Positions 38,725 through 50,608 of a stretch of 64,000 bases of DNA are shown in pieces (position 1 is the first letter of the stretch; the number at the start of each line of letters is the position of its first letter). Location: positions 50,938 to 114,937 of the forward strand of contig OZ246416.1 in the NCBI GenBank assembly GCA_965231095.1, in the 5' to 3' direction. The notes under the pieces are model-generated. The model had not been told where the DNA came from. It ran no database searches and saw only the letters and a list, made by a program, of their open reading frames with translations. Both the position numbers and the translations under genes were made by a program. Source of the DNA: an uncultured Gammaproteobacteria bacterium (GTDB taxonomy: Bacteria; Patescibacteriota; Patescibacteriia; XYB2-FULL-38-15).

Positions 38725-38940
38725 CTACTTGGTCGCTGGTGGTGTTACGGCGTCGCCGTGATGGACGGGACAATTGGGGTCGTCTCGCTTAATCACATTC
38801 AGCTTTATCCCCATGCCAGTGCGCAAATGTCCGCAGGTGCATCTTGGGTCTACTCTGCCCAATCCGAAGCACGAGCAAACGGCAAAGTTGCAGTCGTCAT
38901 AGAATACGGCGCCGCACTTGTCACACCGGAATTCATGCAT
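38725..38940 (-). CDS. GC-rich island G: 71-aa Cys-rich putative metal-binding protein
   Basis: MHEFRCDKCGAVFYDDCNFAVCSCFGLGRVDPRCTCGHLRTG...NCPVHHGD (8 Cys, 4 His); SD GGAGG 7 nt before ATG; hairpin tgggggagtacttgcggaagcacgccccca at 38691-38722. Confidence 0.5.
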   Translation of the reverse strand: MHEFRCDKCGAVFYDDCNFAVCSCFGLGRVDPRCTCGHLRTGMGIKLNVIKRDDPNCPVHHGDAVTPPATK

Positions 38941-39008
38941 CTCTTTCCTCCTTCTCTTTACGGGAACAAAAAATTATTTCTCAAAATTTTTAATGAACTT
39001 TTATTATT

Positions 39009-39434
39009 TTATCCAACGACTTCCAAACCCATCTGCCGCGCCGTGCCTTCAATAGTTCTCATCGCCGCGTCAATATCATGAGCATTCAAGTCCGGCATTT
39101 TTTTCTCGGCGATTTCCCGGATTTGCGCTTTTGTCACTTTGCCAACTTTTTCCTGAAGCGGTTTTCCTGAACCCTTGGCGATTCCCGCTGCTTTTTTCAA
39201 AAGTTCAGCCGCCGGAGGAGTTTTTAAAATGAAAGTATAGGTGCGGTCTTCGTAAACCGTGATTTCCGCCGGAATAACATCGCCGGCCATTTTTGCAGTC
39301 GCGGCATTGAACTTCGTGCAGAACTCAGCGATATTCAAACCATGCTGACCCAAGGCCGGGCCGATTGGCGGCGCGGGGTTTGCTTTAGCAGCCTCAATTT
39401 GTAATTTTATTACTGTCTTAATTTTTTTTGCCAT
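39009..39434 (-). CDS. rplK: 50S ribosomal protein L11
   Basis: [35 protein letters not shown]. Confidence 0.9.
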   Translation of the reverse strand: MAKKIKTVIKLQIEAAKANPAPPIGPALGQHGLNIAEFCTKFNAATAKMAGDVIPAEITVYEDRTYTFILKTPPAAELLKKAAGIAKGSGKPLQEKVGKVTKAQIREIAEKKMPDLNAHDIDAAMRTIEGTARQMGLEVVG

Positions 39435-39501
39435 AATTCTTATGTTACATAGTTAAGAGCTAAACTAGAAGCCTTTAGCGCTTAATAATGTAATTTTTAT
39501 T

Positions 39502-40047
39502 TTATATTTTTTTAACTTGTAAAAAATCCAGTTCTACCGGAGTTTCGCGGCCAAACATACTCACTAATACTTTAACTTTTCCGCGAGCTTCGTCAATCGC
39601 CGAAATTTTTCCTTCAAAGCCCTTAAACGGCCCGTCATTAATTTTAACCGGCGCGCCGACCGTGACATCAATTTTATATTGCGGTTCTTCTTCACCCATT
39701 CTTTTTTGTAAAACTTTTATTTCCGCTTCGGAAAGGGGAGTCGGGATTGTGCCCGTGCCGATAAAACCGGTGACATTCGGCGTATTTCGGACAACATACC
39801 ACGAATCATCAGTGACAAGCATTTCCACTAAAACATATCCCGGAAAAATTTTTTCAATGACTGTCCGGCGTTTGCCGTTTTTTATTTTTATCTTTTTTTC
39901 GGTGGGAATCAAGACATTGAAAATTTTGTCCTGCATTGCCATTGATTCAATTCTTTGTTTTAAATTGTGGGCGACATTTTCTTCATAACCGGAATAAGTG
40001 TGAATCGCGTACCAGAGCCGGCCTCTTTGGGCTATTTGTTTAGGCAT
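39502..40047 (-). CDS. nusG: transcription termination/antitermination factor NusG
   Basis: WYAIHTYSGYEENV NGN domain, KOW domain GPFKGFEG. Confidence 0.9.
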   Translation of the reverse strand: MPKQIAQRGRLWYAIHTYSGYEENVAHNLKQRIESMAMQDKIFNVLIPTEKKIKIKNGKRRTVIEKIFPGYVLVEMLVTDDSWYVVRNTPNVTGFIGTGTIPTPLSEAEIKVLQKRMGEEEPQYKIDVTVGAPVKINDGPFKGFEGKISAIDEARGKVKVLVSMFGRETPVELDFLQVKKI

Positions 40048-40094
40048 AAATAAAATTCAAAAGTCAAAATTCAAAAGTCAAAAGTTTTGTAAAA

Positions 40095-40295
40095 TTACTT
40101 TATATATTTTTCCAAGAGCCAAGTAAAAAGAAAATCAAGCGCTCCAAGAAAAACAGCCACGCCCAAACTTATGCCGATCACGGCCAGAGTGTGGTTTGTG
40201 GTTTCGCGTCTTGTCGGCCAGACAACTTTCTTTAATTCCCGATAAGAATCGCGAAAGTAGTTTGTTAATTTGTTGTTGGGAATGGATAGTTGCAT
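40095..40295 (-). CDS. secE: preprotein translocase subunit SecE
   Basis: 66 aa, single C-terminal TM; conserved position upstream of nusG. Confidence 0.8.
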   Translation of the reverse strand: MQLSIPNNKLTNYFRDSYRELKKVVWPTRRETTNHTLAVIGISLGVAVFLGALDFLFTWLLEKYIK

Positions 40296-40448
40296 GTTTT
40301 TATGTATTTTAAGCGGTTTTTAGCAAAATTTATGGTATTTAAAACAGCCCTGGGGGCTATTTAAATAAAGTATAGCACAGGGTGGAAAAAGCGCAAGGGC
40401 TGGGGGGTGATATAAATAAAAATGCGCCAAATTTGATAACAATTTTAG

Positions 40449-42506
<2,058 letters not shown>

Positions 42507-42717
42507 TTAAACCTCTCCGCCCACGGCGGAAAATGAGGTGAAATTGGCTAATATTTATTAAGTTATTATAGCATAGATTATTTTGTAAAACAAGGGTTTA
42601 ATGTTTGACTTTTTATAATAAAAAAAGATAGGATAAAAGCGCTTCTCATGGCGAGAAGACCCGGGCCACGGGCAGTGGCAAATTACCTTCGGGCTTACAG
42701 TCCGGAAGGAGACAGAA

Positions 42718-43632
42718 ATGGCGAAGTATGAAAAGCTGAACCTGGGTCAGATTGAAGCGCTCGTGAACATCTTGGGTGGCATGGAGGTCGTGAAGAAGAT
42801 TCTTCGCGGGACGAAGAAGCCTCTTCCCCCGGACAAAGGCTTTCGGTCCCTTTTTGACAACTACGGCCGCCGCGTTGCGCCTCCTACGATGAGCGACAAG
42901 GGAGGAGCCGATCCGGAGGTGTGTTTGGCTCAGCCGGCGATGCATCTTCCACCGGGACCGGGAACAAGGTTCAAGGGTTTGTGCGAACGCCTTGGCTGGC
43001 AGAACCAGATGACTCCGGAAGAATTTCGCGCGCGGGTGGACAAGGCGGTAGAGAAGATCAACTTCGGCAGCATCAGAGAAGAGGTGAGGGGAATTTTGGG
43101 TGGTGTGTATCTGCCCTTTGGTCTTCCGCAGGTGACCTCCAGCGATTGCGGGGAGATCCTTGACGAACTCGGCTTGATCAATGCGGTTGAGCGTGTTTTC
43201 AAGGAAAGATTTCCCGAGGGGCAGTTTTTCGGACAAGAAAAATCCCTGAAGGGAGGCTTCCGCTTGATCGAAGGAAGTCGCCACGAGCGATTTTTGGAGG
43301 CCTTGACAAAGGAGCCGGTCGTTGCCATCTACTTCCCATTGGCGCTCCAAGGGTATTTGCCCGATAAGGCCGTCGAGCAGATGGAGAGCCTGCCGGAAGA
43401 GTTTCTGCTTTCCGGTGTGGTTGATACAGCGGCGGCGATCATGATGTATCCGGAAGTTCTACTTCGGGACACCTGCGTGCCGCAGCTCGGATGTTCGGCA
43501 GTGAAGCGCTGGGTGACCGGAGTTTCCTCATTCGATGTCAGTGACGGCAGCGACAAGATCACGCTCGCCTTCGGGGGGTGCCAGATCTTTGGGCGCGGCA
43601 AGTTTACTTCCGGCCTCACCGTCATCGCGTAG
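42718..43632 (+). CDS. GC-rich island C: hypothetical 304-aa protein, no recognisable domain
   Basis: ~60% GC; SD GGAAGGAGA 6 nt before ATG; TTGACT promoter-like element at 42605; downstream terminator 43695-43728. Confidence 0.6.
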   Translation: MAKYEKLNLGQIEALVNILGGMEVVKKILRGTKKPLPPDKGFRSLFDNYGRRVAPPTMSDKGGADPEVCLAQPAMHLPPGPGTRFKGLCERLGWQNQMTPEEFRARVDKAVEKINFGSIREEVRGILGGVYLPFGLPQVTSSDCGEILDELGLINAVERVFKERFPEGQFFGQEKSLKGGFRLIEGSRHERFLEALTKEPVVAIYFPLALQGYLPDKAVEQMESLPEEFLLSGVVDTAAAIMMYPEVLLRDTCVPQLGCSAVKRWVTGVSSFDVSDGSDKITLAFGGCQIFGRGKFTSGLTVIA

Positions 43633-43694
43633 TGCAGAGTCGTTGTGCCTTGAGTTAAACCCGATAAGGGTTTGATTCTTGGACGCTAGTCGTC

Positions 43695-43728
43695 TGAGCG
43701 GATCCCGTGCGGTCCGCTCTTTTTTATA
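43695..43728 (+). terminator. intrinsic terminator of island C
   Basis: GAGCGGAtcccgtgcggTCCGCTCtttttt. Confidence 0.65.
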
Positions 43729-43783
43729 TTCGCCCAGATTTCATTTTTTTGGTATAATATAAATGTAATTAAAATTATTTTTT

Positions 43784-44653
43784 ATGGCAGTAGGAGTTGA
43801 GGGCCGAATGGCCGCACAATTGGACCGTGAACGGGTTTGGGGCTTTACTGATGATGAGAAATTTAACCGTGAGATTGCGCGGCCATGGAAAGACTCCGCT
43901 TTTAATCCGGAAGATTTTGTCGGCCGGCCGTACGCGCGCGCGGAAATTGCCGCGGATTTAGAGAGAGTTTCGGAAATAAAAAAATCTCCGGAGTTTGTGC
44001 ACGAACGAAGGAGCGAGGCGGTTGCTCTGGAATATGTTTTGATGGAAGGAATAAAAGTTCATGGTTGGTTTGGGGACAACGTGGAGTCGGTTCAAAAAAC
44101 TTCAGAATACGACGATGTGATGAATGGCGCGGATTTTGTCGTGACATTTCACGATGAGGATACGGATAGATTTATCCATTTGGCAGTTGATGCTACGACT
44201 TCTTCGGACGAAATGGTTCTTTGGCGTAAGGCGGAAAAAAATTTTGAAAAATTGGCCGGAGGGAAAATGGCAAAAATAAAATATTTTGAAGATCCGGATG
44301 AAACAGCGGGCGAGGTTCAAATGCCGCGAGTTGTTTTGGCCTTAAGCCCGGAAAAAACCGTGGCGTTACAAAAATTAATGTCCAATCCCAAAAACGCGGT
44401 AGGGGACGCGGCGGAAAAATATGAGTTTCTCGCTTCAGTGGAAAATCAATTATTAAAATTTATAAATTATATTTTGATTCGCGGAAAATTTCTCGGTGAA
44501 GGAAGAGACCTTAAAAGTTACGGCGAAGTTTTGGAGTTTATGTCGCGCCATGATGGAGATTTGGATGAAAAAACAAAAAATTTAATTTCAGCGCACATGG
44601 ATGTCTTGCAGTTTGTGTATGCCTCCGCGCCAAGACCGAAATCCTTGCATTAA
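43784..44653 (+). CDS. hypothetical protein (intermediate GC ~48%)
   Basis: 289 aa, no recognised motif; TATAAT -10 upstream. Confidence 0.45.
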   Translation: MAVGVEGRMAAQLDRERVWGFTDDEKFNREIARPWKDSAFNPEDFVGRPYARAEIAADLERVSEIKKSPEFVHERRSEAVALEYVLMEGIKVHGWFGDNVESVQKTSEYDDVMNGADFVVTFHDEDTDRFIHLAVDATTSSDEMVLWRKAEKNFEKLAGGKMAKIKYFEDPDETAGEVQMPRVVLALSPEKTVALQKLMSNPKNAVGDAAEKYEFLASVENQLLKFINYILIRGKFLGEGRDLKSYGEVLEFMSRHDGDLDEKTKNLISAHMDVLQFVYASAPRPKSLH

Positions 44654-44670
44654 ATTAATCATACAAAAAT

Positions 44671-45537
44671 ATGGACAACCAAAATCAGCCGGCGGATTTT
44701 ACCGAAAGCCAATTAAAAGTCGCTTCATGGTATGTCTCCCATAAAATTTTGTTGAAGAAAATTTTTATAGGTTTTTTGATTTTTTTGTGCGCGATTTTTT
44801 GGGGATTTGGGCTTTATGGTTTGATAAATTATTATTTTATTGAAGGTCCGAGTTTTAATTTGGCGATCAGAGAATTGAGCCGCGGAACGGATTATTCCAT
44901 TATCAATCAAAAAATTCAGCCAAAAGGCTTAGATATTGGAACAACGACAATTTTTTCTTCGGGAAAGGGGAGATATGATTTTGTGGGAAAGATTTTTAAT
45001 TCCTCCGCCGATTGGCGCGCGGAATTTACTTATGATTTTTTAGTGGATGGGGTGGCGCGAGCGGGGAAGAGCGGATTTATTTTGCCCGGCGAGGAAAAAT
45101 ATATTTTTGAACTTGGCGTGGAGGCGCCGGCAAAACCGCGTTCCGCGACTTTAGAAATTAAAGAGATAAAATGGCAGAGAATTGACGCCCACGAAATTTC
45201 CGATTACGCCGCCTGGCAGGACGAGCGCTTGAATTTTCCCGTGGCCGACGTGAAATTTACTCCGGCGGCGGTCGGAGAAAATATTCCGATAAGCCGAGCG
45301 TCTTTTACGGCGCGAAACGCGACAGCTTTCAGTTTTTGGGATGTGGGTTTTGCTATTTTTCTTTATCGCGGAAGTTCGGTTGCCAGCGTAAATTACGTGA
45401 CACTTGAGGAATTTCGTTCTGGACAAACCCGCCCGGTTGAAGTAAGTTGGTTTGAAACATTGCCAAGCATTACGCAAGTAAAAGTCGTACCGGAAGTGAA
45501 TATTTTTGATCCAAAAGTTTTCATGCCGGTGAATTAA
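44671..45537 (+). CDS. hypothetical membrane-anchored protein
   Basis: 288 aa, N-terminal TM region ILLKKIFIGFLIFLCAIFWGFGLYGLINYYF. Confidence 0.45.
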   Translation: MDNQNQPADFTESQLKVASWYVSHKILLKKIFIGFLIFLCAIFWGFGLYGLINYYFIEGPSFNLAIRELSRGTDYSIINQKIQPKGLDIGTTTIFSSGKGRYDFVGKIFNSSADWRAEFTYDFLVDGVARAGKSGFILPGEEKYIFELGVEAPAKPRSATLEIKEIKWQRIDAHEISDYAAWQDERLNFPVADVKFTPAAVGENIPISRASFTARNATAFSFWDVGFAIFLYRGSSVASVNYVTLEEFRSGQTRPVEVSWFETLPSITQVKVVPEVNIFDPKVFMPVN

Positions 45538-45621
45538 TTTAAAAGTCAAAGGTCAAAAATCAAAGGTCAAAAATTAAAGTCGAAATCCGAAATTTTGTCT
45601 TTTGAATTTTGACTTTTTGTT

Positions 45622-46716
45622 ATGCTCTCAAAATATTTTTCATTTTTAAAACGTTTTGACTGGGTGCTCGTCGTTGCAGTTTTTTTGCTTTTGGTTTTAA
45701 GTTTGGTCGCGCTCTACAGCGTTTCTTTAAGCAAAACAAATCCTGATTTTTTAAATTTGAAAAAGCAGATGATTTTCATTTTGGTCGGGTTGGTCGGATT
45801 TTTCGCCTTGTGCGCCATTGATTACAAGTGGTTGAAGTTTTACAGCATTCCCATTTATGGTTTGGCCGCCGCGCTCCTCCTCGCCGTTTTGATTTTTGGC
45901 CGGGTTATTCGCGGAACTCAAGGATGGTTTGGATTTGGGTGGTTTAATTTTCAGCCGGTGGAATTTGCCAAGCTCGCGATGATTATTTTTTTGGCAAAAT
46001 ATTTTTCCCGCGGGGCGCATGAAATTTTTCGCTTTCGGCATATTATGGTTAGCGGAATTTTTTCGGCAATTTTAATTGGCCTTGTTTTACTTCAACCCGA
46101 TTTTGGTTCCGCGCTTGTGCTCTTTTTTTTGTGGCTTCTGATGTTATTTTTAATTGGAATAAAGCGATCGCATTTGGTTGTTCTTTTACTTTTAGTTGCG
46201 ACGTTTTTGGCCGGTTCGTGGCTTTTTATTTTCCAAGATTATCAGAAAGAAAGAATTTTGGGATTTTTTGATCCTTCGCGCGATCCACTCGGCCGCGGTT
46301 ACAACATTACTCAAGCGCAAATCGCCGTTGGTTCCGGCCAAATACTCGGCCGCGGAATCGGTTTTGGGCCGCAAAGCCAATTGCGTTTTGTGCCGGAAAA
46401 TCAGACGGATTTTATTTTCGCCGTTTTGGCCGAAGAACTCGGATTTTTGGGAGCGGCGTTGATTCTTGCGCTTTGGGGAATTATTTTTTGGCGGATTCTT
46501 CGGATTGCCCGGCGGGCGCGAGATGATTTCAGTTTATTTTTTGCGGCCGGGTCGGCGATTGTTTTTTTGATTCAGATTTTTATTAATATCGGAATGACGG
46601 TCGGTGTGGCGCCGGTGACGGGCATTTCTCTGCCCTTTGTAAGTTATGGGGGAAGCGCGCTAGTTGTAAATTTGGCCATGGTCGGGATTTTGGAAAGTAT
46701 CGCGGCGAGAAGTTAA
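45622..46716 (+). CDS. SEDS family peptidoglycan glycosyltransferase (FtsW/RodA)
   Basis: 10 TM helices, NFQPVEFAKL, GISLPFVSYGGSALV motifs. Confidence 0.85.
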   Translation: MLSKYFSFLKRFDWVLVVAVFLLLVLSLVALYSVSLSKTNPDFLNLKKQMIFILVGLVGFFALCAIDYKWLKFYSIPIYGLAAALLLAVLIFGRVIRGTQGWFGFGWFNFQPVEFAKLAMIIFLAKYFSRGAHEIFRFRHIMVSGIFSAILIGLVLLQPDFGSALVLFFLWLLMLFLIGIKRSHLVVLLLLVATFLAGSWLFIFQDYQKERILGFFDPSRDPLGRGYNITQAQIAVGSGQILGRGIGFGPQSQLRFVPENQTDFIFAVLAEELGFLGAALILALWGIIFWRILRIARRARDDFSLFFAAGSAIVFLIQIFINIGMTVGVAPVTGISLPFVSYGGSALVVNLAMVGILESIAARS

Positions 46717-46812
46717 ATTGTTAGCCATTTAGCCATGGTTCATCTTGACTATTTTTATCTTTACTGCTAACATCTAATTATCGTATTTTAATTTAATTAA
46801 GCAGAGAATCTT

Positions 46813-47514
46813 ATGACCTTGAGTCTAAATGTCAAAAAACGAGAAGTGACTGGGAAGGGAGTAAAGAATCTCCGTAAGCAAAATTTGATTCCGGCCGTTA
46901 TCTATGGAAAAGACGTGCCGTCCCAAAATTTGGCTGTGGAGTATCTTCCCTTCAATAAACTTTACAGGGAAGCCGGAGAAAGTACGCTCATTGATTTAAA
47001 AGTTGATGACGCCGCGCCGGTAAAAGTTTTGGTGCAGGAAGTGCAATCGGATCCACTGACGGGAAAATTCGCGCACGTTGATTTTCGCCAAATTAAGATG
47101 ACGGAGAAACTCAAGGTGGACGCGCTCTTGAAATTTATTAATGAATCGCCGGCGGTTAAAGAACTTGGCGGAACTTTTGTCCACAGCATGGATAAAGTGG
47201 AAATTGAATGTTTACCGAGCGATTTGGTTCACGAAATTGAAGTTGATATTTCCGGGCTTAAAACTTTTGAAGACAGGATTCATATTAGAGATTTGAAAGT
47301 TTCTTCCGGTGTTAAAATTTTATCTGATATGAACGCGACGATTGCCGCGGTTGAAGCGCCTTTGACTGAAGAAGAATTGAAGGCAGAACTTGAAACGCCG
47401 GTCGTCGAGAAAGTTGAAGAAGTTGGCGTGGTGGAAAAAGAAAAGAAAGAAGGCGAAGAAGAGGCTGCTGCCGCTCCGGAAGCTCAAGGCGAGAAAAAGG
47501 AAGAGAAAAAATAA
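46813..47514 (+). CDS. rplY: 50S ribosomal protein L25 / general stress protein Ctc with Lys/Glu-rich C-terminal tail
   Basis: MTLSLNVKKREVTGKGVKNLRKQNLIPAVIYGK; two-domain Ctc form. Confidence 0.85.
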   Translation: MTLSLNVKKREVTGKGVKNLRKQNLIPAVIYGKDVPSQNLAVEYLPFNKLYREAGESTLIDLKVDDAAPVKVLVQEVQSDPLTGKFAHVDFRQIKMTEKLKVDALLKFINESPAVKELGGTFVHSMDKVEIECLPSDLVHEIEVDISGLKTFEDRIHIRDLKVSSGVKILSDMNATIAAVEAPLTEEELKAELETPVVEKVEEVGVVEKEKKEGEEEAAAAPEAQGEKKEEKK

Positions 47515-47536
47515 AAAAATTATCAGAATTATTTTG

Positions 47537-48628
47537 ATGGAGAAATTATTCAAAAAAATAATTGCTTTTGTAAAGAAACAACCGTCGATCTGGCTGGTTG
47601 TTTCTTTGTTATTAATTTCAGTTTTTGTTGTGGCCGGCGGAGGTTATCTACTTTTATCCCGAACTTCTTTTTTGGATTTTTTTTCACGGGCGGGAGCCGA
47701 GCAGAGAAATGAAGAAAACGAAACAGCGCCAGCCGCGGAATTTCGCCGGTTGATTGACGGGGTGAAAGTTGACGACGAAGCAAAAATAAATCCCGCGCTT
47801 TTTGCCGTGCAGATTGAAAATATGGTCGACGCTCGTCCGCTCTCGGGGGTGTCTCGCGCAAATTTAGTTTATGAAACTTTGGCCGAGGCCGGGATCACAA
47901 GATTTCTCGCGATTTATGCCGCAGACAGCGATGTTTCGGAAATCGGACCGGTTCGAAGCGCCCGGCCGTATTTTCTGGATTGGGTTTCTGAATTTGGCGC
48001 GCTCTACGCCCATTCCGGCGGCAGTCCGGAAGCGCTGCGCTTGATTCCCCAGTACGATATTTTGGATTTGAACGAATTTGCTTACGGAAGATTTTTTTGG
48101 CGAGCAAAGTCAAGATATATGCCGCATAATCTTTACACTTCAACTGAATTGCTGAACGAAGCTTTTGCGGCAAAAGAAGGCGAGATAAAAAATTTTCGCG
48201 GCTGGCAGTTTAAAGATGAAGCCTTATTGGAGGCGCGCCCGGAAGAAGAGAAAAGAATTAAAATTTATTTTTCCACAAAAACCTACGAAGCTGGATGGCA
48301 GTATAGTCGCGAGACAAATGATTATTTGAGATATCAAGCTGGATTGATCCAGCAAGACAGAGATGGCGGCGAAGTTCGGGCAAAAAATATTGTAGTGCAG
48401 TTTACGCGCGTGGTGGTTTTGGATGAAATTGGGAGAAAAGATATTGATACAGTTGGAGGGGGCGAGGCAATTGTTTTTCAGGATGGAGTCCGGATTGAAG
48501 GAACTTGGAAAAAAGAGGCGCGCGGGGAGCGGACAAGTTTTTATGATACAGTCGGAGTAGAAATAAAATTCAACCCAGGAGTGACTTGGGTTGAAGTGGT
48601 GCCAAACGGAACGGAAATTGAATTTTAA
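47537..48628 (+). CDS. DUF3048-like secreted/membrane-anchored protein
   Basis: N-terminal TM then conserved GVSRANLVYETLAEAGITRFLAIYAADS...SARPYFLDW; track start 47390 is out-of-frame readthrough of rplY tail. Confidence 0.55.
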   Translation: MEKLFKKIIAFVKKQPSIWLVVSLLLISVFVVAGGGYLLLSRTSFLDFFSRAGAEQRNEENETAPAAEFRRLIDGVKVDDEAKINPALFAVQIENMVDARPLSGVSRANLVYETLAEAGITRFLAIYAADSDVSEIGPVRSARPYFLDWVSEFGALYAHSGGSPEALRLIPQYDILDLNEFAYGRFFWRAKSRYMPHNLYTSTELLNEAFAAKEGEIKNFRGWQFKDEALLEARPEEEKRIKIYFSTKTYEAGWQYSRETNDYLRYQAGLIQQDRDGGEVRAKNIVVQFTRVVVLDEIGRKDIDTVGGGEAIVFQDGVRIEGTWKKEARGERTSFYDTVGVEIKFNPGVTWVEVVPNGTEIEF

Positions 48629-48738
48629 TTTTATATTTTAAAAATAACCAAACGATCTCGGCCGGCGAGGTCTTTTTTTACCCTCACACCAATGCATTGG
48701 TGTGAGGGTTTATTTCTCTTTGGGCTGGGGGTATAATT

Positions 48739-49623
48739 TTAAATTTCAAAAATAGCAATTCTATTTCTTCCCGAAAGATCTTGTTTAATCTTAATTTTTG
48801 CGGAAGGGAAGCGGCGTTTGATTAATTTTGTGATGGATTTTTTTTGAGAAGGGTCGATTTCAAAGATTGAAGTAATGGGTGACGAGTAATGGGTAACGAG
48901 GAATTCTATTTGTTGGAGGAGCTCGCGGTAATAATTTAAGCCATCGGTACCGCCGTCAAGCGCCGTTCGTGGTTCGTATTTTTTTATTTCCGGCTGGGTT
49001 TTTTGCCATTGGCGGGTTGTGAGATACGGAAGGTTGGCGACAATTAATAAATTTTCAATTTTCAATTTACAATTTTCAATTTTGCGAATTACAGGTTTTA
49101 GTAAGTCGCCATGGATTAGGGTGACGGCCGCCTCGTGGTGTTTAATATTTTTTCTTGCCACCTCCATGGCGCCGGAGGAAATTTCCGTGGCGAAGATTTT
49201 GGCATTGGGCAGACGGCGGGCAAGTGCGATGGCGATGGCCCCGCTTCCGGTTCCGACATCGACGATTGATGTATCTTGTATCTTGTATTTTGTATTTTGT
49301 ATTTTTCTCAAAACTTCCTCCACTAAAATTTCCGTTTCGGGGCGGGGGATTAAAACATTTTTGTTTACAAAAAAATCCAGGCCAAAAAATTCTTTGAGGC
49401 CAGTGATGTAGGCGATTGGTTCATGTTTGGCGCGGCGGGCGATAAGTTTTTTAAATTTTAACAATTGTGCCGCCGTCAATTTTTTTTCAGAATGCGCGTA
49501 TAAAAATTCTCGCGGTTTTTTTATGACAAAAGATAAAAGAATCTCGGCGTCCAAAGACGGGGAGAGAGTTTTTGATTTTTTTAAAATTTTTATCGCCCAG
49601 ACGATGGATTGTTTGATGGTCAT
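48739..49623 (-). CDS. prmC: release factor glutamine N5-methyltransferase PrmC/HemK with several in-frame tandem-repeat inserts
   Basis: SAM motif VDVGTGSGAIAIALA, NLPY substrate motif; in-frame repeats at 48860-48895, 49040-49090, 49265-49300. Confidence 0.85.
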   Translation of the reverse strand: MTIKQSIVWAIKILKKSKTLSPSLDAEILLSFVIKKPREFLYAHSEKKLTAAQLLKFKKLIARRAKHEPIAYITGLKEFFGLDFFVNKNVLIPRPETEILVEEVLRKIQNTKYKIQDTSIVDVGTGSGAIAIALARRLPNAKIFATEISSGAMEVARKNIKHHEAAVTLIHGDLLKPVIRKIENCKLKIENLLIVANLPYLTTRQWQKTQPEIKKYEPRTALDGGTDGLNYYRELLQQIEFLVTHYSSPITSIFEIDPSQKKSITKLIKRRFPSAKIKIKQDLSGRNRIAIFEI

Positions 49624-49650
49624 ATAAATATTTAAATATTATAACATAAA

Positions 49651-49692
49651 AAATCACCCGAGCGTTGCGTGCGATTGGGCGCGCAAAACTCG
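49651..49692 (-). terminator. intrinsic terminator of island D 197-aa gene
   Basis: Minus strand CACCCGAGttttgcgcgcccaatcgcacgcaacgCTCGGGTGattttttat. Confidence 0.6.
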
Positions 49693-49706
49693 GGTGTGAC
49701 GGTCGG

Positions 49707-50297
49707 TTACGGGGAAGTGATGTCCTTCGTCCCGTCGTAGGGATCGCCGGAGTCGGCGGAATCGTCGGCGGGCGGCGCAGCGGGCGAGACGACCTCGACT
49801 TCCTCCTCGATGTCCTCGGCCACCACGACCGTGGTTTCCGGCGCGTCTTCGAGGATCTCGACCATCTTCATCGCCTGGCGCACACAGGCCGACAGCTCGG
49901 CGGTGGAGAAGGCGTAGGAGAGTTGTTCGAAGGTAACCCGGCGTCCTGGTTCCGTGTCCTTCGACATCCAGTGTTCGATCAGCTTGGCGAGATCATCGTC
50001 GGAGACGCGTTTCAGGATCTCCTCGATCGCGGATTTTGCGCCGTTCTCGATACCGCCGAGCATCGCCTGGCGCATGATGGGCACGGTGTCTTTCTTGTCA
50101 CCGGGCCAGATCCCGAGTAGATCGCCAACGATCTTCTCGAAGGTGTGCACTTGGGCAATGTGAGCCAGGCCGCTGGCCCGGCTCAAATTGATGTGGTGCA
50201 AGATGATCCAGATGTTCAGGACGCCGAGATCCACGAAGTGCTGGAGCATCGCCGCTAGCGTCAACTTCTTGTCTCTTTCCTTCTTGGATTCCGCCAT
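49707..50297 (-). CDS. GC-rich island D gene 2: hypothetical ~197-aa protein (helical, acidic C-terminal tail)
   Basis: MAESKKERDKKLTLAAMLQHFVDLGVLNIWIILHH...; ~62% GC; minus-strand promoter cTTGACAa-N17-TAAGGT at 50342-50370; 5' UTR palindrome CTCCGATTAATCGGAG. Confidence 0.55.
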   Translation of the reverse strand: MAESKKERDKKLTLAAMLQHFVDLGVLNIWIILHHINLSRASGLAHIAQVHTFEKIVGDLLGIWPGDKKDTVPIMRQAMLGGIENGAKSAIEEILKRVSDDDLAKLIEHWMSKDTEPGRRVTFEQLSYAFSTAELSACVRQAMKMVEILEDAPETTVVVAEDIEEEVEVVSPAAPPADDSADSGDPYDGTKDITSP

Positions 50298-50382
50298 TGT
50301 CTTCCACTCGCTCCGATTAATCGGAGTCCTTTCTATCCGCACCTTAGTTTAAAAAATAAAATTTGTCAAGATAAAAAAAGAG

Positions 50383-50445
50383 CCCGTGGATTGCTTGGAG
50401 TTGGGGCACGGGACGTGTCTCCAAAGCAATCCACGGGCTGGGTGA
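50383..50445 (-). terminator. long-stem intrinsic terminator after island D zinc-ribbon gene
   Basis: agcccgtggattgcttggag...ctccaaagcaatccacgggct ~20-bp stem followed on minus strand by ctcttttttt. Confidence 0.6.
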
Positions 50446-50608
50446 TGCCCAGCGGGTGCCGTGAGGCTGGCCGGCTGGGCTCAGTCGCGTGACCCGCCCG
50501 GGGGGTAGGAGGGCACCGGGGAGCCGACGCGAGCTTGGGGAACGGAGAGTTCTCGAGCGAACTCGCAAACTCTCACGTTATTGGTGGGTAAGTTACAGGC
50601 GGGTCTTG

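Noticed and set aside
47390-47536. Track ORF start at 47390 (Lys/Arg-rich N-terminus) and similar extended N-termini at 38642-38773 and 35997-36143
   Set aside because: These N-terminal extensions are out-of-frame read-through of the neighbouring gene's coding sequence (rplY tail, island G, dcd). Plausible Met starts with TM or domain beginnings lie further in.
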